Assembly: GCA_965208105.1 (NCBI GenBank)
Contig: OZ242318.1
Location: forward strand, 352,001 to 416,000
Direction: 5' to 3'
Length of the DNA: 64,000 nt
DNA from: Candidatus Latescibacterota bacterium
GTDB taxonomy: Bacteria > Latescibacterota > UBA2968 > UBA8231
Position 1 is the first letter of the stretch; each line of letters begins with the position of its first letter. The notes under the pieces are model-generated. The model saw only the letters and a list, made by a program, of their open reading frames with translations. It was not told the DNA's origin and searched no databases. The position numbers and the translations under genes were made by a program. Below are positions 38,124-48,654 of this stretch, one piece after another.

Positions 38124-39023
38124 ATGAGGGATCGAAAGTACGATGGCCTGCTTGTGGTAGACAAGGAGCCGGGGCCTACATCTCACGATGTAGTTGCGAT
38201 GATACGACGCATAACCCGTATGCGCCGAATCGGACATTGCGGCACCTTGGATCCATCCTCCACGGGTGTTTTGCTGGTTTGCCTGGGCCGGTTCACGCGG
38301 CTGAACGAGTGGTTAAGTGCAGGCGAAAAGGAATACCGGGCAGTTCTTATGCTCGGTGCGGTCAGCGATACTTACGACTCCCAGGGCAGCATCTCCTCTA
38401 TGGGCGAGGTTGAAGTTCCCGAAGTCGACACTTTGCGGGATAGATTGCAAGAATTCAAGGGTGCCATCGAACAAATCCCTCCAGTATTCTCCGCTCTCAA
38501 AGTTCACGGCGTTCGCAGCTACAAGCTGGCCAGAAGCAACCGGGCGGTTCCCTTGAAGCCTCGGCAGGTCCACGTCGCGGCCATCGAGATAATCGAATAC
38601 GAATTCCCCCAGCTCGTATTACGCGTGGTTTGCTCTAAGGGGACGTATATACGATCTTTGGCTGCCGACCTCGGGACAAGGCTTGGTTGTGGAGCCTATG
38701 TGCAGGAACTGCGTCGTTTGCGAGTGGGAAACCTCGACTTGAGCAGGGCATTGAAGCTAGACGGGATAAGGGATGCGGAGATGGAAGGAAGACTGGAGCA
38801 GAGTTTTATTCCTCCGCACCAGGCGCTGAGTGGGTTGCCCAGTGTGCACCTCGAGCCCAGGCGCCTCATGTCTTTCGTCCATGGCCATTCCGTTCATTTG
38901 AGCCAGGCAGATGCGCACAAGGGACAGATTTGTGCCGTCTACGACCTGGAACAGGGGTTTTACGGAATGGGAAGGCGCGAGGGGGAGGAAGAATTGAGAC
39001 CTGTCAAGGTTTTGCGCAACTGA
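38124..39023 (+). CDS. truB: tRNA pseudouridine(55) synthase
   Basis: TSHDVV, GHCGTLDP, CSKGTYIRSL. Confidence 0.96.
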   Translation: MRDRKYDGLLVVDKEPGPTSHDVVAMIRRITRMRRIGHCGTLDPSSTGVLLVCLGRFTRLNEWLSAGEKEYRAVLMLGAVSDTYDSQGSISSMGEVEVPEVDTLRDRLQEFKGAIEQIPPVFSALKVHGVRSYKLARSNRAVPLKPRQVHVAAIEIIEYEFPQLVLRVVCSKGTYIRSLAADLGTRLGCGAYVQELRRLRVGNLDLSRALKLDGIRDAEMEGRLEQSFIPPHQALSGLPSVHLEPRRLMSFVHGHSVHLSQADAHKGQICAVYDLEQGFYGMGRREGEEELRPVKVLRN

Positions 39024-39098
39024 TCCCCTGTCTAATGGAAGTGGAGAATCGAGGTGGGTTCTTGTGGTGCAGGAGACGGGATAATCGGGTGCGAACCT

Positions 39099-39479
39099 GT
39101 GAGGTTCTCGGGGGTCGTTTGCCCGGGAATGGCACGTGGACGAACCCTTGGATATCCTACCGCAAACCTGAAGGTTGGAGTCCAAAAGAAGAAAGCGCTC
39201 GCTCGTGGCGTATACGCGGGGTGGGTGATGTGGGAAGGAGGACCGCGTCGAGGCGCCCTGGTCAACATCGGGATGCGACCCACATTCGGCGGGCAGGGCC
39301 TTTCAATTGAACTTCATATTCTGGATTTTTCCGGCGATTTGTACGGGAAAACCCTGGAGGTCGAATTGGTAAAGCGCTTGCGCGACGAAAAGTTTTTTGA
39401 AGAAATTGAGGCACTCGTAAGGCAAATCGGGTTGGACATAAAGCAGGCACAACTTTTTTTGGCAGACAATGCCATTTAA
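39099..39479 (+). CDS. monofunctional riboflavin kinase (RibF C-terminal domain only)
   Basis: GRTLGYPTAN, GVY, NIG.RPTF, E.HILDF.GDLYG, RLRDEK.F. Confidence 0.88.
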   Translation: MRFSGVVCPGMARGRTLGYPTANLKVGVQKKKALARGVYAGWVMWEGGPRRGALVNIGMRPTFGGQGLSIELHILDFSGDLYGKTLEVELVKRLRDEKFFEEIEALVRQIGLDIKQAQLFLADNAI

Positions 39480-39499
39480 TTTGATGGAGGGAAAAGAAA

Positions 39500-39769
39500 T
39501 TGGCCATCACAACCGAGAAAAAGAAAAAACTGATAGGCCAATACGGCCGTGACGAGGTGGATACAGGGTCTGCGGCCACGCAGATTGCGATCTTGACCGA
39601 GCACATAAGCAATTTGACAGCGCACTTGAAGAGGCATAAGAAGGATTTTGGATCCCGTCGAGGCCTGCTGAGGCTTATCGGAAGGAGGCGGCGTCTACAG
39701 AATTATCTCCGACGGGCAAACTCCGATGAGTATGCCGAGCTGATAAAAAACCTCGGCCTCAGGCGCTAG
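39500..39769 (+). CDS. rpsO: 30S ribosomal protein S15
   Basis: DTGS...QIAILT, HKKDF.SRRGL, LGLRR. Confidence 0.97.
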   Translation: MAITTEKKKKLIGQYGRDEVDTGSAATQIAILTEHISNLTAHLKRHKKDFGSRRGLLRLIGRRRRLQNYLRRANSDEYAELIKNLGLRR

Positions 39770-40927
39770 TGCGCTGTTAAAGAGTGGGCATTGAATTTTG
39801 TATTTTGGCGAGCTTGGCATCGTCCTGGTTTCGATTTCTCCATACGAGGTATTCCTGCATGCGCTGGCCGATGTCTCGATGGTCCCTTGGGTCGCTGTTC
39901 TTGATGACGAAGTAGTGGGCGGCGGTCAGATGGCATTCGAGACGGTTCATCCAGGAGGCGTTGGTAGCGGTGAAGACGAGGGAGACTCGATGCTGCCGAC
40001 ACCATTGCCGAATCTTTGGGGTCGCGTGCGTCGACAAATTGTCCAGAACGAGGTAGATGCGTTGGGCCTTGCGGTAGCGGTGCCGGATGGCCTTGAGGAA
40101 AGTGAGCACCTCCGAGGCGTGCTTCTTTCGCTTGTGATGCATCCACAGGACGTCCTCGTGGACGTTGTAGGCGCCGAAGAAATAGCTGACCCCGGCGTGC
40201 CGGGTGTAGGTGGCTCGGTGCCGCACCGGGTGCTTCTGCGGCGCCCAGGAGGAGCCGGCATGGGGCTTGATCTGCACGGGCCCCATTTCGTCGAAGCAGA
40301 CTACGACCGAGTCCTTCGGCGCACGCCGGTAGAGGCGGTCGATGCGTTTTTTTTCGAGGAGAAATCCGGATCCTTCGACTCCTTCCAGGTGCGGGTACGT
40401 TGGTAGGTGACCTTATGCCGGTCCAAGACCTTGGCGATGGTCACGTGCGAGACCTTGGGGATCATCTTGCGCCCGACCAGACAGTCGGTCAGCTTGCGCA
40501 GCGACCACTGGTTGAAGGGTTGGCCGAAAGCCCGAGGGGGCATCTTGGCGATCTCCACCACCACGGACTCGTCTTCGGGCGTCAGCGCTGGGGTGCGCCC
40601 CGGGTGGGCTCGCGTGCGAAGCGACGCCAGCCCTTCCTCGTTGTATCGTCGGACCAGGGAGCGGATGTATTCCTCGTGCAGATGCAGCGTCGCCGACAGC
40701 TCCTGGACCCGCATACCCTGGGCACTGAGGGAGATCAATTGCCCTCGTCGCATCTGTACGGCATTGCGTGGCCGCTTCAGCCATCGGCCCAGTTCTTTCG
40801 ATTCGGCAGCATCCGGTGTTCGAGCATGGAGGCACATGGCAGGACCCTCCCAGAAAAATGGACATATGTCCCCATGATACCAACATGTACGAAAAAGTAC
40901 AAGCCTGAATCCTTAACAGAGCACTAG
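39766..40927 (-). mobile_element. IS630-family insertion sequence (~1.16 kb)
   Basis: TIRs CTAGTGCGCTGTTAAAGAGT / CTAGTGCTCTGTTAAGGATT (rc); CTAG at both ends; encodes a DDE transposase. Confidence 0.93.
39777..40837 (-). CDS. IS630 transposase, orfA/orfB joined by a -1 frameshift at an A8 tract (40347-40354)
   Basis: HTH orfA (WSLRKL, WKESKDPDF); shifted frame gives KRIDRLY..VCFDEMGP, LVLDNLSTH, SWMNRLE. Confidence 0.9.
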
Positions 40928-41091
40928 TGTCCCGTCGCAGAGATAGGTTGACGCAATTGGGCCGCCGAGGCGCCCGGCTCACAAGGCGCCAGAGCGAGTC
41001 GTACCAGTGGTGTACGGCGAGTGAAGGTAACGCCGTGAGCCGGAATGGATCGGCGGAATAATGGCGACCTATTTCTGCGACGGGACACTAG
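40924..41091 (+). mobile_element. MITE copy 2 (168 bp, complete)
   Basis: perfect 18-bp terminal inverted repeat CTAGTGTCCCGTCGCAGA...TCTGCGACGGGACACTAG. Confidence 0.9.
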
Positions 41092-41142
41092 GGTTGATGC
41101 CTTCATTGTTCGCTGGTTCTTTCACAATTTAACAGAAAGAGT

Positions 41143-43218
41143 ATGATGATTCACAAGCAGGAGTTGGAACTAGGAGGGCGTAGCCTCTCCATTGAGATGG
41201 GAAAGGTAGCAAAGCAGGCCAATGGTGCGGTCTGGGTTCAGTACGGGGAAACAGTAGTGCTGGTTACCGCTTGCAGGACGAATTTTCCAGAAGAACGAGG
41301 CTTTCTCCCCTTGATCGTCGACTACCGGGAGAAGGCGTACGCCGGGGGTCGCATTCCGGGCAATATCTTCAAGCGTGAGGCACGGCCCACAGAAAAAGAA
41401 ACATTGAGCGCCAGACTCACCGACCACCAGATCCGGCCGATGTTTCCCAAGGGTTTCCCCTATGAAATCCAGGTATACATAACCGTCCTCTCCGTTGACG
41501 GAGAAAACGATGCGGATGTGCTGGGAATGGTGGGGGCCTCTGCGTCGCTGTGCATTTCCGATATCCCGTTTGCCGGTCCCATGGGAGCAGTACGCGTCGG
41601 GAGGGTCGACGGAGAGATGGTCGTCAATCCGACCTATGAGCAGCTGAGCCGAAGCGATATCGACCTGATTGTCTCCGGCACTATGGATTCCATAGCCAGC
41701 GTCGAAGGAGGAGCCCACGAAATCTCGGAAGCCGACCTGCTGGAGGCCCTCAAGTTTGGACACCAGTTTATAAAGAGATTGGTCGTTTTCCAGAATGAAC
41801 TCGTGGAGGCGGCGGGGAAGGAAAAACTGAAACTGGAGCCGAAAGAGGTCGATCCACAATTGACCCAGGCAGTCGAGGAATTGGCATCGGCGCGGATCCA
41901 CGCAGCCAATCGCACGGCTGTCAAGGAAGAGCGGGGTGGATTGGTGGATGCCTTGAAAACCGAGGTGCAGGGAACCCTTTGCGAGCGGTTCCCCGAAATG
42001 GAAAAGGAAATTGATGATGTTTTGGAAAACCTCGTAAAGGTTGATATGCGTCGCATGATCCTGGCCGAGAAGCGGCGCATAGACGGCCGCAGCCTCGAGG
42101 AGGTGCGCCCCGTCACCTGCGAAAAGGGCATTTTAGTGCGGACTCATGGCTCCGCCCTTTTCACCCGTGGACAGACGCAGGCCCTGTGCGTGGCCACCCT
42201 GGGGACAAAGCCGGATGAGCGCATGGCTGATGACCTGCGGGGAAAAACCTTCAAACCCTACTTCTTAGACTATAACTTTCCACCATACAGCGTGGGCGAG
42301 GTCAAGTTCGAACGGGGCCCCGGACGCCGGGATTACGGACATGGGCACCTTGCCGAGCGCGCCCTTGAACCTGTCATTCCTTCAGTCGAAGCGTTTCCCT
42401 ATACGATCCGCCTGGTTTCGGATATAACCGAATCCAACAGTTCCAGCTCAATGGCCACGGTCTGTGGCTGTTCGCTGGCACTCATGGATGCTGGAATTCC
42501 GGTGCGGAAGCACGTAAGTGGGGCGGGGGTAGGATTGGTGATGGATGGAGAAGAGTGGGAACTGCTGACCGACATTCAGGGCGCCGAGGATTTCCTGGGC
42601 GACATGGATCTCAAGGTAGCCGGGACCGAGGACGGTATTACAGCTATTCAGATGGACATCAAGATCCAGGGCATCCGTTTCGACATCCTGGAGGATGCCC
42701 TGAGTCGCGCTCATGAGGGCCGCATGCATATTCTGGAGGAAATGAATGGGTGCATCACAAATCCCCGAGCCGAACTTTCTCCGCACGCTCCCCGCATTGA
42801 ATTCATGAAGATTGACCCGTCCAAAATTGGAGTGGTGATAGGGCCCGGAGGCAAAATGATTCGCGAGATCGAAACTACGGGCGCCAGTGTGAATGTGGAT
42901 GATGACGGCACAATCACCATCGCTTCAGTGGAGGCAGAACCTGCCCGGGTAGCGCGCCAGATGATTGAAGCCCTCACCTCGGACGCCGAGATTGGCAAGA
43001 TCTACAATGGCACCGTGCGCAGCATCAAGCCATTCGGGGCCTTTGTCGAGATATTGCCGGGAAAAGATGGGCTGCTCCATATATCCGAGCTGGCTCACCG
43101 CCGCGTCGGGCGCGTGGAAGATGTTGTAAAGGAAGGCCAGAATATCGAGGTCAAGGTCCTCGACATCGATACGGGTGGCAAGATTCGGCTCAGCCACAAG
43201 GCGTTACTCAAAAAGTAA
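41143..43218 (+). CDS. pnp: polyribonucleotide nucleotidyltransferase
   Basis: AKQANG, HGSALFTRGQTQ, GDMD.KVAGT, KH and S1 domains. Confidence 0.97.
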   Translation: MMIHKQELELGGRSLSIEMGKVAKQANGAVWVQYGETVVLVTACRTNFPEERGFLPLIVDYREKAYAGGRIPGNIFKREARPTEKETLSARLTDHQIRPMFPKGFPYEIQVYITVLSVDGENDADVLGMVGASASLCISDIPFAGPMGAVRVGRVDGEMVVNPTYEQLSRSDIDLIVSGTMDSIASVEGGAHEISEADLLEALKFGHQFIKRLVVFQNELVEAAGKEKLKLEPKEVDPQLTQAVEELASARIHAANRTAVKEERGGLVDALKTEVQGTLCERFPEMEKEIDDVLENLVKVDMRRMILAEKRRIDGRSLEEVRPVTCEKGILVRTHGSALFTRGQTQALCVATLGTKPDERMADDLRGKTFKPYFLDYNFPPYSVGEVKFERGPGRRDYGHGHLAERALEPVIPSVEAFPYTIRLVSDITESNSSSSMATVCGCSLALMDAGIPVRKHVSGAGVGLVMDGEEWELLTDIQGAEDFLGDMDLKVAGTEDGITAIQMDIKIQGIRFDILEDALSRAHEGRMHILEEMNGCITNPRAELSPHAPRIEFMKIDPSKIGVVIGPGGKMIREIETTGASVNVDDDGTITIASVEAEPARVARQMIEALTSDAEIGKIYNGTVRSIKPFGAFVEILPGKDGLLHISELAHRRVGRVEDVVKEGQNIEVKVLDIDTGGKIRLSHKALLKK

Positions 43219-43327
43219 TCACATCAATCAGGGCGTCTGCGGTTATTTTATAGAAGGCTATCGGATGGTATTCGATAGTCTTTTGATTTTCAGAGGATAA
43301 TTTCTTCGGATAATTTGCCAGGGTATC

Positions 43328-44620
43328 ATGGAAGAGATCAGGATTGCCCAAATAGCTTCCTTTGAAGACCGGGAAGTCCACCTGAGTGGCTGGCTCTACA
43401 ACAAGCGTTCCAGCGGCAAGCTCCATTTCCTGCAACTGCGCGATGGCAGTGGCATCGTGCAGTGCGTGGTCTTCAAAGGCGATGTCTCTGAAGAGGTCTT
43501 TGAGCTCTGCTCGGAACTTTCCGATGAATCATCAATCAAGGTCAGGGGACGGGTGAGGAAGGACCCACGGGCGCCCATAGGGTTTGAACTCGGAGTGACA
43601 GGCCTGGAGTGCATCCATCTGGCCCGGCCATATCCCGTCACCCCCAAATCCCACGGTGTAGCCTTCTTGATGGACCACCGCCACCTGTGGCTGCGTTCGA
43701 GCCGGACTACGGCAATTTTAAGTGTGCGCAGCGAGGTGGTAAAGGCCTGCCGCGACTTTTTGGAGGAGCGTGATTTTATCCTGATCGACGCGCCCATCCT
43801 CACTCCGGCTGCCTGCGAGGGGACGACTACCCTTTTTGAGACTGATTACTTCGGCAACCCAGCTTATCTCACACAAAGTGGCCAGCTCTACATGGAAGCG
43901 GCGGCCATGGCCTTTGGGAAGGTGTATTGTTTCGGACCGACATTCCGCTCGGAGAAATCCAAGACTCGTCGGCACCTGAACGAGTTCTGGATGGTCGAGC
44001 CCGAGATGGCTTTCTGCGATTTGCAAGGAAGCATGAACCTTGCTGAAGATATGGTAACCTTCGTCGTTTCCAGAGTGTTGGAACGCAGAAGGAAAGAGCT
44101 TGATCTATTGGAAAGGGACGTCACCAGGCTGGAGAAAATCCAGAAACCATTTCCCCGCATATCCTATGGGGAAGCGGTCGATTTGTTACATGCCAAGGGC
44201 AGTGATATCCAGTGGGGAACAGATTTGGGCGGCGACGACGAGACCTTGATCTCCGATCAGTTTGAATCGCCTGTTTTGGTGCATCGCTATCCTCTCGAGA
44301 TCAAGGCCTTCTACATGAAGGCGGATCCCTCAGACGGAGGTCTGGCCTTGTGCATGGACATGCTGGCACCTGAAGGCTACGGGGAAATTATCGGCGGCGG
44401 ACAACGCGAAGACCAAATTGGTGCGTTGGAGCGAAGGATTGATGTGCATGGCCTTCCCAAAAAGTCCTTTGAGTGGTATTTGGATTTGAGGCGTTACGGA
44501 TCTGTCCCCCACGCTGGTTTCGGCATGGGCATCGAACGCGTAGTAGCGTGGATATGCGGGCTGCACCATGTGCGCGAGACCATACCATTTCCCCGGACTC
44601 TGCACCGTTTGTATCCATAG
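43328..44620 (+). CDS. asnS: asparagine--tRNA ligase
   Basis: [44 protein letters not shown]. Confidence 0.96.
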   Translation: MEEIRIAQIASFEDREVHLSGWLYNKRSSGKLHFLQLRDGSGIVQCVVFKGDVSEEVFELCSELSDESSIKVRGRVRKDPRAPIGFELGVTGLECIHLARPYPVTPKSHGVAFLMDHRHLWLRSSRTTAILSVRSEVVKACRDFLEERDFILIDAPILTPAACEGTTTLFETDYFGNPAYLTQSGQLYMEAAAMAFGKVYCFGPTFRSEKSKTRRHLNEFWMVEPEMAFCDLQGSMNLAEDMVTFVVSRVLERRRKELDLLERDVTRLEKIQKPFPRISYGEAVDLLHAKGSDIQWGTDLGGDDETLISDQFESPVLVHRYPLEIKAFYMKADPSDGGLALCMDMLAPEGYGEIIGGGQREDQIGALERRIDVHGLPKKSFEWYLDLRRYGSVPHAGFGMGIERVVAWICGLHHVRETIPFPRTLHRLYP

Positions 44621-44649
44621 TCTGTACAAATAGGAATAGGACGAGTTCG

Positions 44650-47526
44650 ATGAGTGAAGGCTCTTACAATTTCCGTGAAATTGAGAAGCGATGGCGGAAC
44701 TACTGGCTGGAGGCCGGAACCTTCAAGACCTGCGGCCCCGGCGAGGAAGGATTCAACCCGGAGCAACCCAAATATTATATCCTGGATATGTTCCCCTACA
44801 CCAGTGGGTCGGGATTGCACATGGGCCACCCCAAAGGGTACATCGCCAGCGATATTTACTGTCGCTACAAGCGGATGTGCGGGTTTAACGTGTTGCATCC
44901 CATGGGGTTTGACAGCTTCGGCTTGCCGGCAGAGCAGTACGCCCGGGAGAATAACATTCATCCCTCGGTGGCTACCGAGCGCAACATCGAGACCATCCGC
45001 GGTCAGCTCCAGTTTCTGGGTATGGCCTACGACTGGAACCGGGAGATAGCCACCTCCAGGCGGAACTACTATTGCTGGACTCAGTGGATCTTTCACCAGA
45101 TCTTTTCTAGCTGGTTTGATGGGGACTGCAAGTGGAAGGACGCCAGCGGCCGGGAAAACAACGGTAAGGCAAGGCCCATCGCCGAGTTGATCGCGGCTTT
45201 TGCGACAGGGCAACGTGGCTTCAGCGAGGCTGACAAAAAAGTGCTGGGTGAAGACGCCAGAAATGGGTGGGAAGCCCTGGATGAAGGTCAGCAGGCTGCC
45301 GTGCTCAATAATTATCGCCTGGCCTATCAAAAGGAAGTGATGGTAAACTGGTGTCCCGCGCTGGGCACGGTTCTGGCCAACGAGGAGGTGACCAACGAGG
45401 GCAGGAGCGAGCGGGGGGATCATCCCGTCTACAGGAGGCCCTTGAGGCAGTGGATGATGAGGATTACGGACTACGCCGACCGCCTGCTGGAGGATCTGGA
45501 TGCACCCGCGTTGCCGGATGGCGGGAGAACCTTCAGGCTGGAGTGGCCCGAATCCATAAAACTCATGCAACGCAACTGGATCGGCCGCAGTGCGGGTACC
45601 GAGGTTTTGTTCGATGTCCTCGGGCCGGGCGGCCAGGAAGTGGCGGATGAGTTGAATGTATTCACCACCCGCCCGGATACCCTGTTCGGAGTCACCTTCA
45701 TGGTGGTTGCTCCACAGCATCCACTCGTCGTCCAGGGCAGCGGCCATTACCTGGTGCCGGGGGAATGGCCTGGGGACATTGACCCGCGATGGAAGGGGGC
45801 GGGTCCGGGCCAGGAAATCCGGCAGGCTGTGGCCGCCTACATTGAAGAAGGCAATATTGCCACGCAGCGGGAAAGCCAGGAAAAGACGGGAATCTTTTCA
45901 GGAATAATGGCGCGCAATCCCGTGAATGGCCGGATTATCCCGATCTTCGTGGGGGATTATGTCAGCATGGAATATGGCTCTGGTGCGATCATGGCCGTGC
46001 CGGCGCACGACGAGCGCGACTTCGAGTTTGCCTGCAAGTACGGCCTGGAGATCGTTCGCGTGGTAGAAGGGCCTGACGGCATCGATGATGAATGTTATGC
46101 CGGAGATGGGATATCGATTAATTCCCCTGCAGCAGGGAAGGGCAACTTTGCAATCAACAGCCTTACGACTCCTGAAGCTAAAGCCAAAATCGCTGCAGAC
46201 CTGGAGCGTGTGGGCAGGGGAAAGAGGGCGGTCAATTACAAGCTGAGGGACTGGATTTTTTCGCGGCAGTGGTACTGGGGAGAGCCCTTTCCCGTGGCGG
46301 AACGGCCCGAGGGATTTTCCGTTGCCACGGATATGCCCGTTTACCTGCCCGAGATGGAGGATTTTCAACCACACACCTCGGAAGATCCCAACCGCCCGGT
46401 GACGCCGCCGCTGAGCCGGGCAGGGGACGATTGGAGGAAGGTTTTGGTGCAGGGGGTGGAGTGCCGGCGTGAAATCAACGTCATGCCTCAATGGGCGGGG
46501 TCGTGCTGGTACTACTTGCGCTTTATTGATCCTTCAAACGACCAGGTGTTTTGCCAGGAAAGCAAGGAGAAGTACTTCATGCCGGTGGACCTCTACATCG
46601 GCGGCGCTGAACACGCGGTCCTGCATTTGCTCTACTCCCGCTTCTGGCACAAGGTCCTCTTCGATCTTGGACACGTTTCCTCAGCCGAACCATTCAAAAA
46701 GCTGTTCAACCAGGGGATGATTACCGCAGATGCCTTTGCCGATGAGCGCGGAGTCTACGTTGACATACGCGAGGTGGAGTTCCGCGAGGGCGAACCCTTC
46801 AACGCGAGGACCGGTGAAAAGCTGCAGCGCTTGGCCGGAAAGATGGGAAAGCGCTACAAGAACGGGCTGCCCCCGGAGGAGGTGGGGTATGAGTTCGGGG
46901 TGGATACCTTTCGGCTGTACGAGATGTACATGGGGCCTCTGGAGGCCAGCGCGCCGTGGAGCATGGAAGGAATCCGCGGAATGCAGCGGTTCCTGCAGCG
47001 GGTATGGCGCAATTTCGTCGACCAGGGAAGAAATGCAAAGAGGGGAGGCCAGCTGACCCCGGAGCTTGAAAAGATCTTACATAGAACAATTAAGAAAGTT
47101 TCAGAACATATTGCTGGACTGAGGCTTAACACATCGATATCCACCCTGATCGAATTCAATAACAAGTTGGTGCAACTAAGGTCTCTGCCCCCTGAGGTGA
47201 CGCGAAATTTTCTTCTGTTGCTGGCGCCGTTTGCCCCGCACATCGCTGAAGAGATTTGGGAAATCTGGGGATTTGGCAGAGGAGATATATCCAGCGCAAG
47301 GTGGCCGGAGGCCGATGACGAATTGACCAGGGAGGAAACGGTAACCTTGCCCATTCAGATCAACGGCAAGGTGAGAGGCAGTGTGGATGTCGCGGTCGAT
47401 ATTGAGGAAGATGATTTGCGCCGGATAGTGCTGGGGATGGAGAACATCAAGCGCCACGTTGCCGATGAGGCGAGTGTAAAGCGCTTCATTGTCGTGCCCG
47501 GGCGCATCGTGAATATCGTAGTTTGA
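44650..47526 (+). CDS. leuS: leucine--tRNA ligase
   Basis: MFPY.SG.GLHMGH, FTTRPDT, EHAVLHLLY, KMGKR, C-terminal IVNIV. Confidence 0.96.
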   Translation: MSEGSYNFREIEKRWRNYWLEAGTFKTCGPGEEGFNPEQPKYYILDMFPYTSGSGLHMGHPKGYIASDIYCRYKRMCGFNVLHPMGFDSFGLPAEQYARENNIHPSVATERNIETIRGQLQFLGMAYDWNREIATSRRNYYCWTQWIFHQIFSSWFDGDCKWKDASGRENNGKARPIAELIAAFATGQRGFSEADKKVLGEDARNGWEALDEGQQAAVLNNYRLAYQKEVMVNWCPALGTVLANEEVTNEGRSERGDHPVYRRPLRQWMMRITDYADRLLEDLDAPALPDGGRTFRLEWPESIKLMQRNWIGRSAGTEVLFDVLGPGGQEVADELNVFTTRPDTLFGVTFMVVAPQHPLVVQGSGHYLVPGEWPGDIDPRWKGAGPGQEIRQAVAAYIEEGNIATQRESQEKTGIFSGIMARNPVNGRIIPIFVGDYVSMEYGSGAIMAVPAHDERDFEFACKYGLEIVRVVEGPDGIDDECYAGDGISINSPAAGKGNFAINSLTTPEAKAKIAADLERVGRGKRAVNYKLRDWIFSRQWYWGEPFPVAERPEGFSVATDMPVYLPEMEDFQPHTSEDPNRPVTPPLSRAGDDWRKVLVQGVECRREINVMPQWAGSCWYYLRFIDPSNDQVFCQESKEKYFMPVDLYIGGAEHAVLHLLYSRFWHKVLFDLGHVSSAEPFKKLFNQGMITADAFADERGVYVDIREVEFREGEPFNARTGEKLQRLAGKMGKRYKNGLPPEEVGYEFGVDTFRLYEMYMGPLEASAPWSMEGIRGMQRFLQRVWRNFVDQGRNAKRGGQLTPELEKILHRTIKKVSEHIAGLRLNTSISTLIEFNNKLVQLRSLPPEVTRNFLLLLAPFAPHIAEEIWEIWGFGRGDISSARWPEADDELTREETVTLPIQINGKVRGSVDVAVDIEEDDLRRIVLGMENIKRHVADEASVKRFIVVPGRIVNIVV

Positions 47527-47548
47527 GTTCAGAGCATGAGCTGCATAA

Positions 47549-47576
47549 TTGCCCCATAAGATAAATTATGTAAATA
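47549..47576 (+). other. dif-like recombination site (left)
   Basis: TTGCCCCATAA-GATAAA-TTATGTAAATA, 11-6-11 architecture. Confidence 0.7.
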
Positions 47577-47594
47577 TTCGGGCTTGCTCCCGTT

Positions 47595-48539
47595 TCAAGA
47601 CATCCGAATATAATCCGATGCGTTGTTCACCAGATTCTCGCGGTTCTCATAATATCGCATGGTGGTCTTCAAATCTTTGTGGCGAAGATGCGCCTGTACT
47701 TGCTGTGGCTTGGCGCCGCCCTCAATTGCCAGTGTGCAACAGGTATGGCGAAACATATGCGCGGTGATCTGGTGGGGAATCCCCGCCGTTTTCGCCCGCT
47801 TTTTGACAATTAAATTAATCGACTGATCGGTCAGTGGTTTGCCGTGAGACAGGTTGGGGGACAGACTGATAAATACCTTGCCATTCGCATCGTAGCCCTT
47901 TCTTTCCAAAATCTCCCTGTAATTGTTCAAGTAGTGGGCCACAACCGGTTGAAGTTTAATGACCTGGGGAACTCCGGCCTTTGTCGCGGGCAGGGTGAGA
48001 ATGTAAAATGCACCTTCCTGGCTGATATCGCCCCAGGACATTTGGGCGGCCTCTGAACGACGCAGTCCTCCATAGGTAAGCAAAAAAACTATGGCCGCGT
48101 CCCTGGCCCGGGCCAATTCGTTTTTATCTTTTTCGATGCTTTGGAGGATCTCCTGCAACACCTTCGTAGAAATAGCCTTGTTGCTGAGAGTGCCTTCGAT
48201 CCGATAGCCGCGGACCAAAGCAGAGTCGGCCGGATTGTTTTCGATGAAGCCAGCAGCAACCAACATCTTGAAAAAGCTTTTTAAGCTGGCGAGTTTGCGA
48301 TTGATGGTACTGCGCTTGAGGCCACTGGCGGCCAGGCCGTTGCGGAAGGAGATGACCTCAGCGAAGGTGACTGCGCGGACCGTTTCTATTGAAACGGCGT
48401 TTGTGCCGAAAAACTGGCAAAGGTCCGCGTGATAAGCCCGCTTGGTTCGCTCAGAGAGCTGGCCGGCGATGAATTGCGCCAGAGGGTCGTCTGGATTGAC
48501 CGGGTGGTTTTGGCGAACTGCCGTAAGGTTGGCTTCCAT
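47595..48539 (-). CDS. XerC/D-like tyrosine recombinase
   Basis: SAM-like N-domain (SERTKRAY..DL..F; STINRKLASLKSFF); catalytic GLRRSE, TK, HMFRH, LRH, RYY. Confidence 0.93.
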   Translation of the reverse strand: MEANLTAVRQNHPVNPDDPLAQFIAGQLSERTKRAYHADLCQFFGTNAVSIETVRAVTFAEVISFRNGLAASGLKRSTINRKLASLKSFFKMLVAAGFIENNPADSALVRGYRIEGTLSNKAISTKVLQEILQSIEKDKNELARARDAAIVFLLTYGGLRRSEAAQMSWGDISQEGAFYILTLPATKAGVPQVIKLQPVVAHYLNNYREILERKGYDANGKVFISLSPNLSHGKPLTDQSINLIVKKRAKTAGIPHQITAHMFRHTCCTLAIEGGAKPQQVQAHLRHKDLKTTMRYYENRENLVNNASDYIRMS

Positions 48540-48654
48540 GGCCTGAAATTCGGATGGGAAACTCCGGGTGTGATATTTCCAAATATAAAGGCAGGAGGCA
48601 AAGTTGTCATTAAAAACAGGAGTGGTCCCGAGTGGACCATGGATTCAGCCGGTA

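Noticed and set aside
44473-44649. N-terminal extensions of the leuS, hprK, dctP and tatT ORFs in the track
   Set aside because: They overlap neighbouring genes; downstream ATGs match the family N-termini better.
47595-48539. Recombinase as integron integrase or prophage integrase
   Set aside because: No IntI-specific insertion, attC array or phage genes; the only cargo is the recombinase itself.
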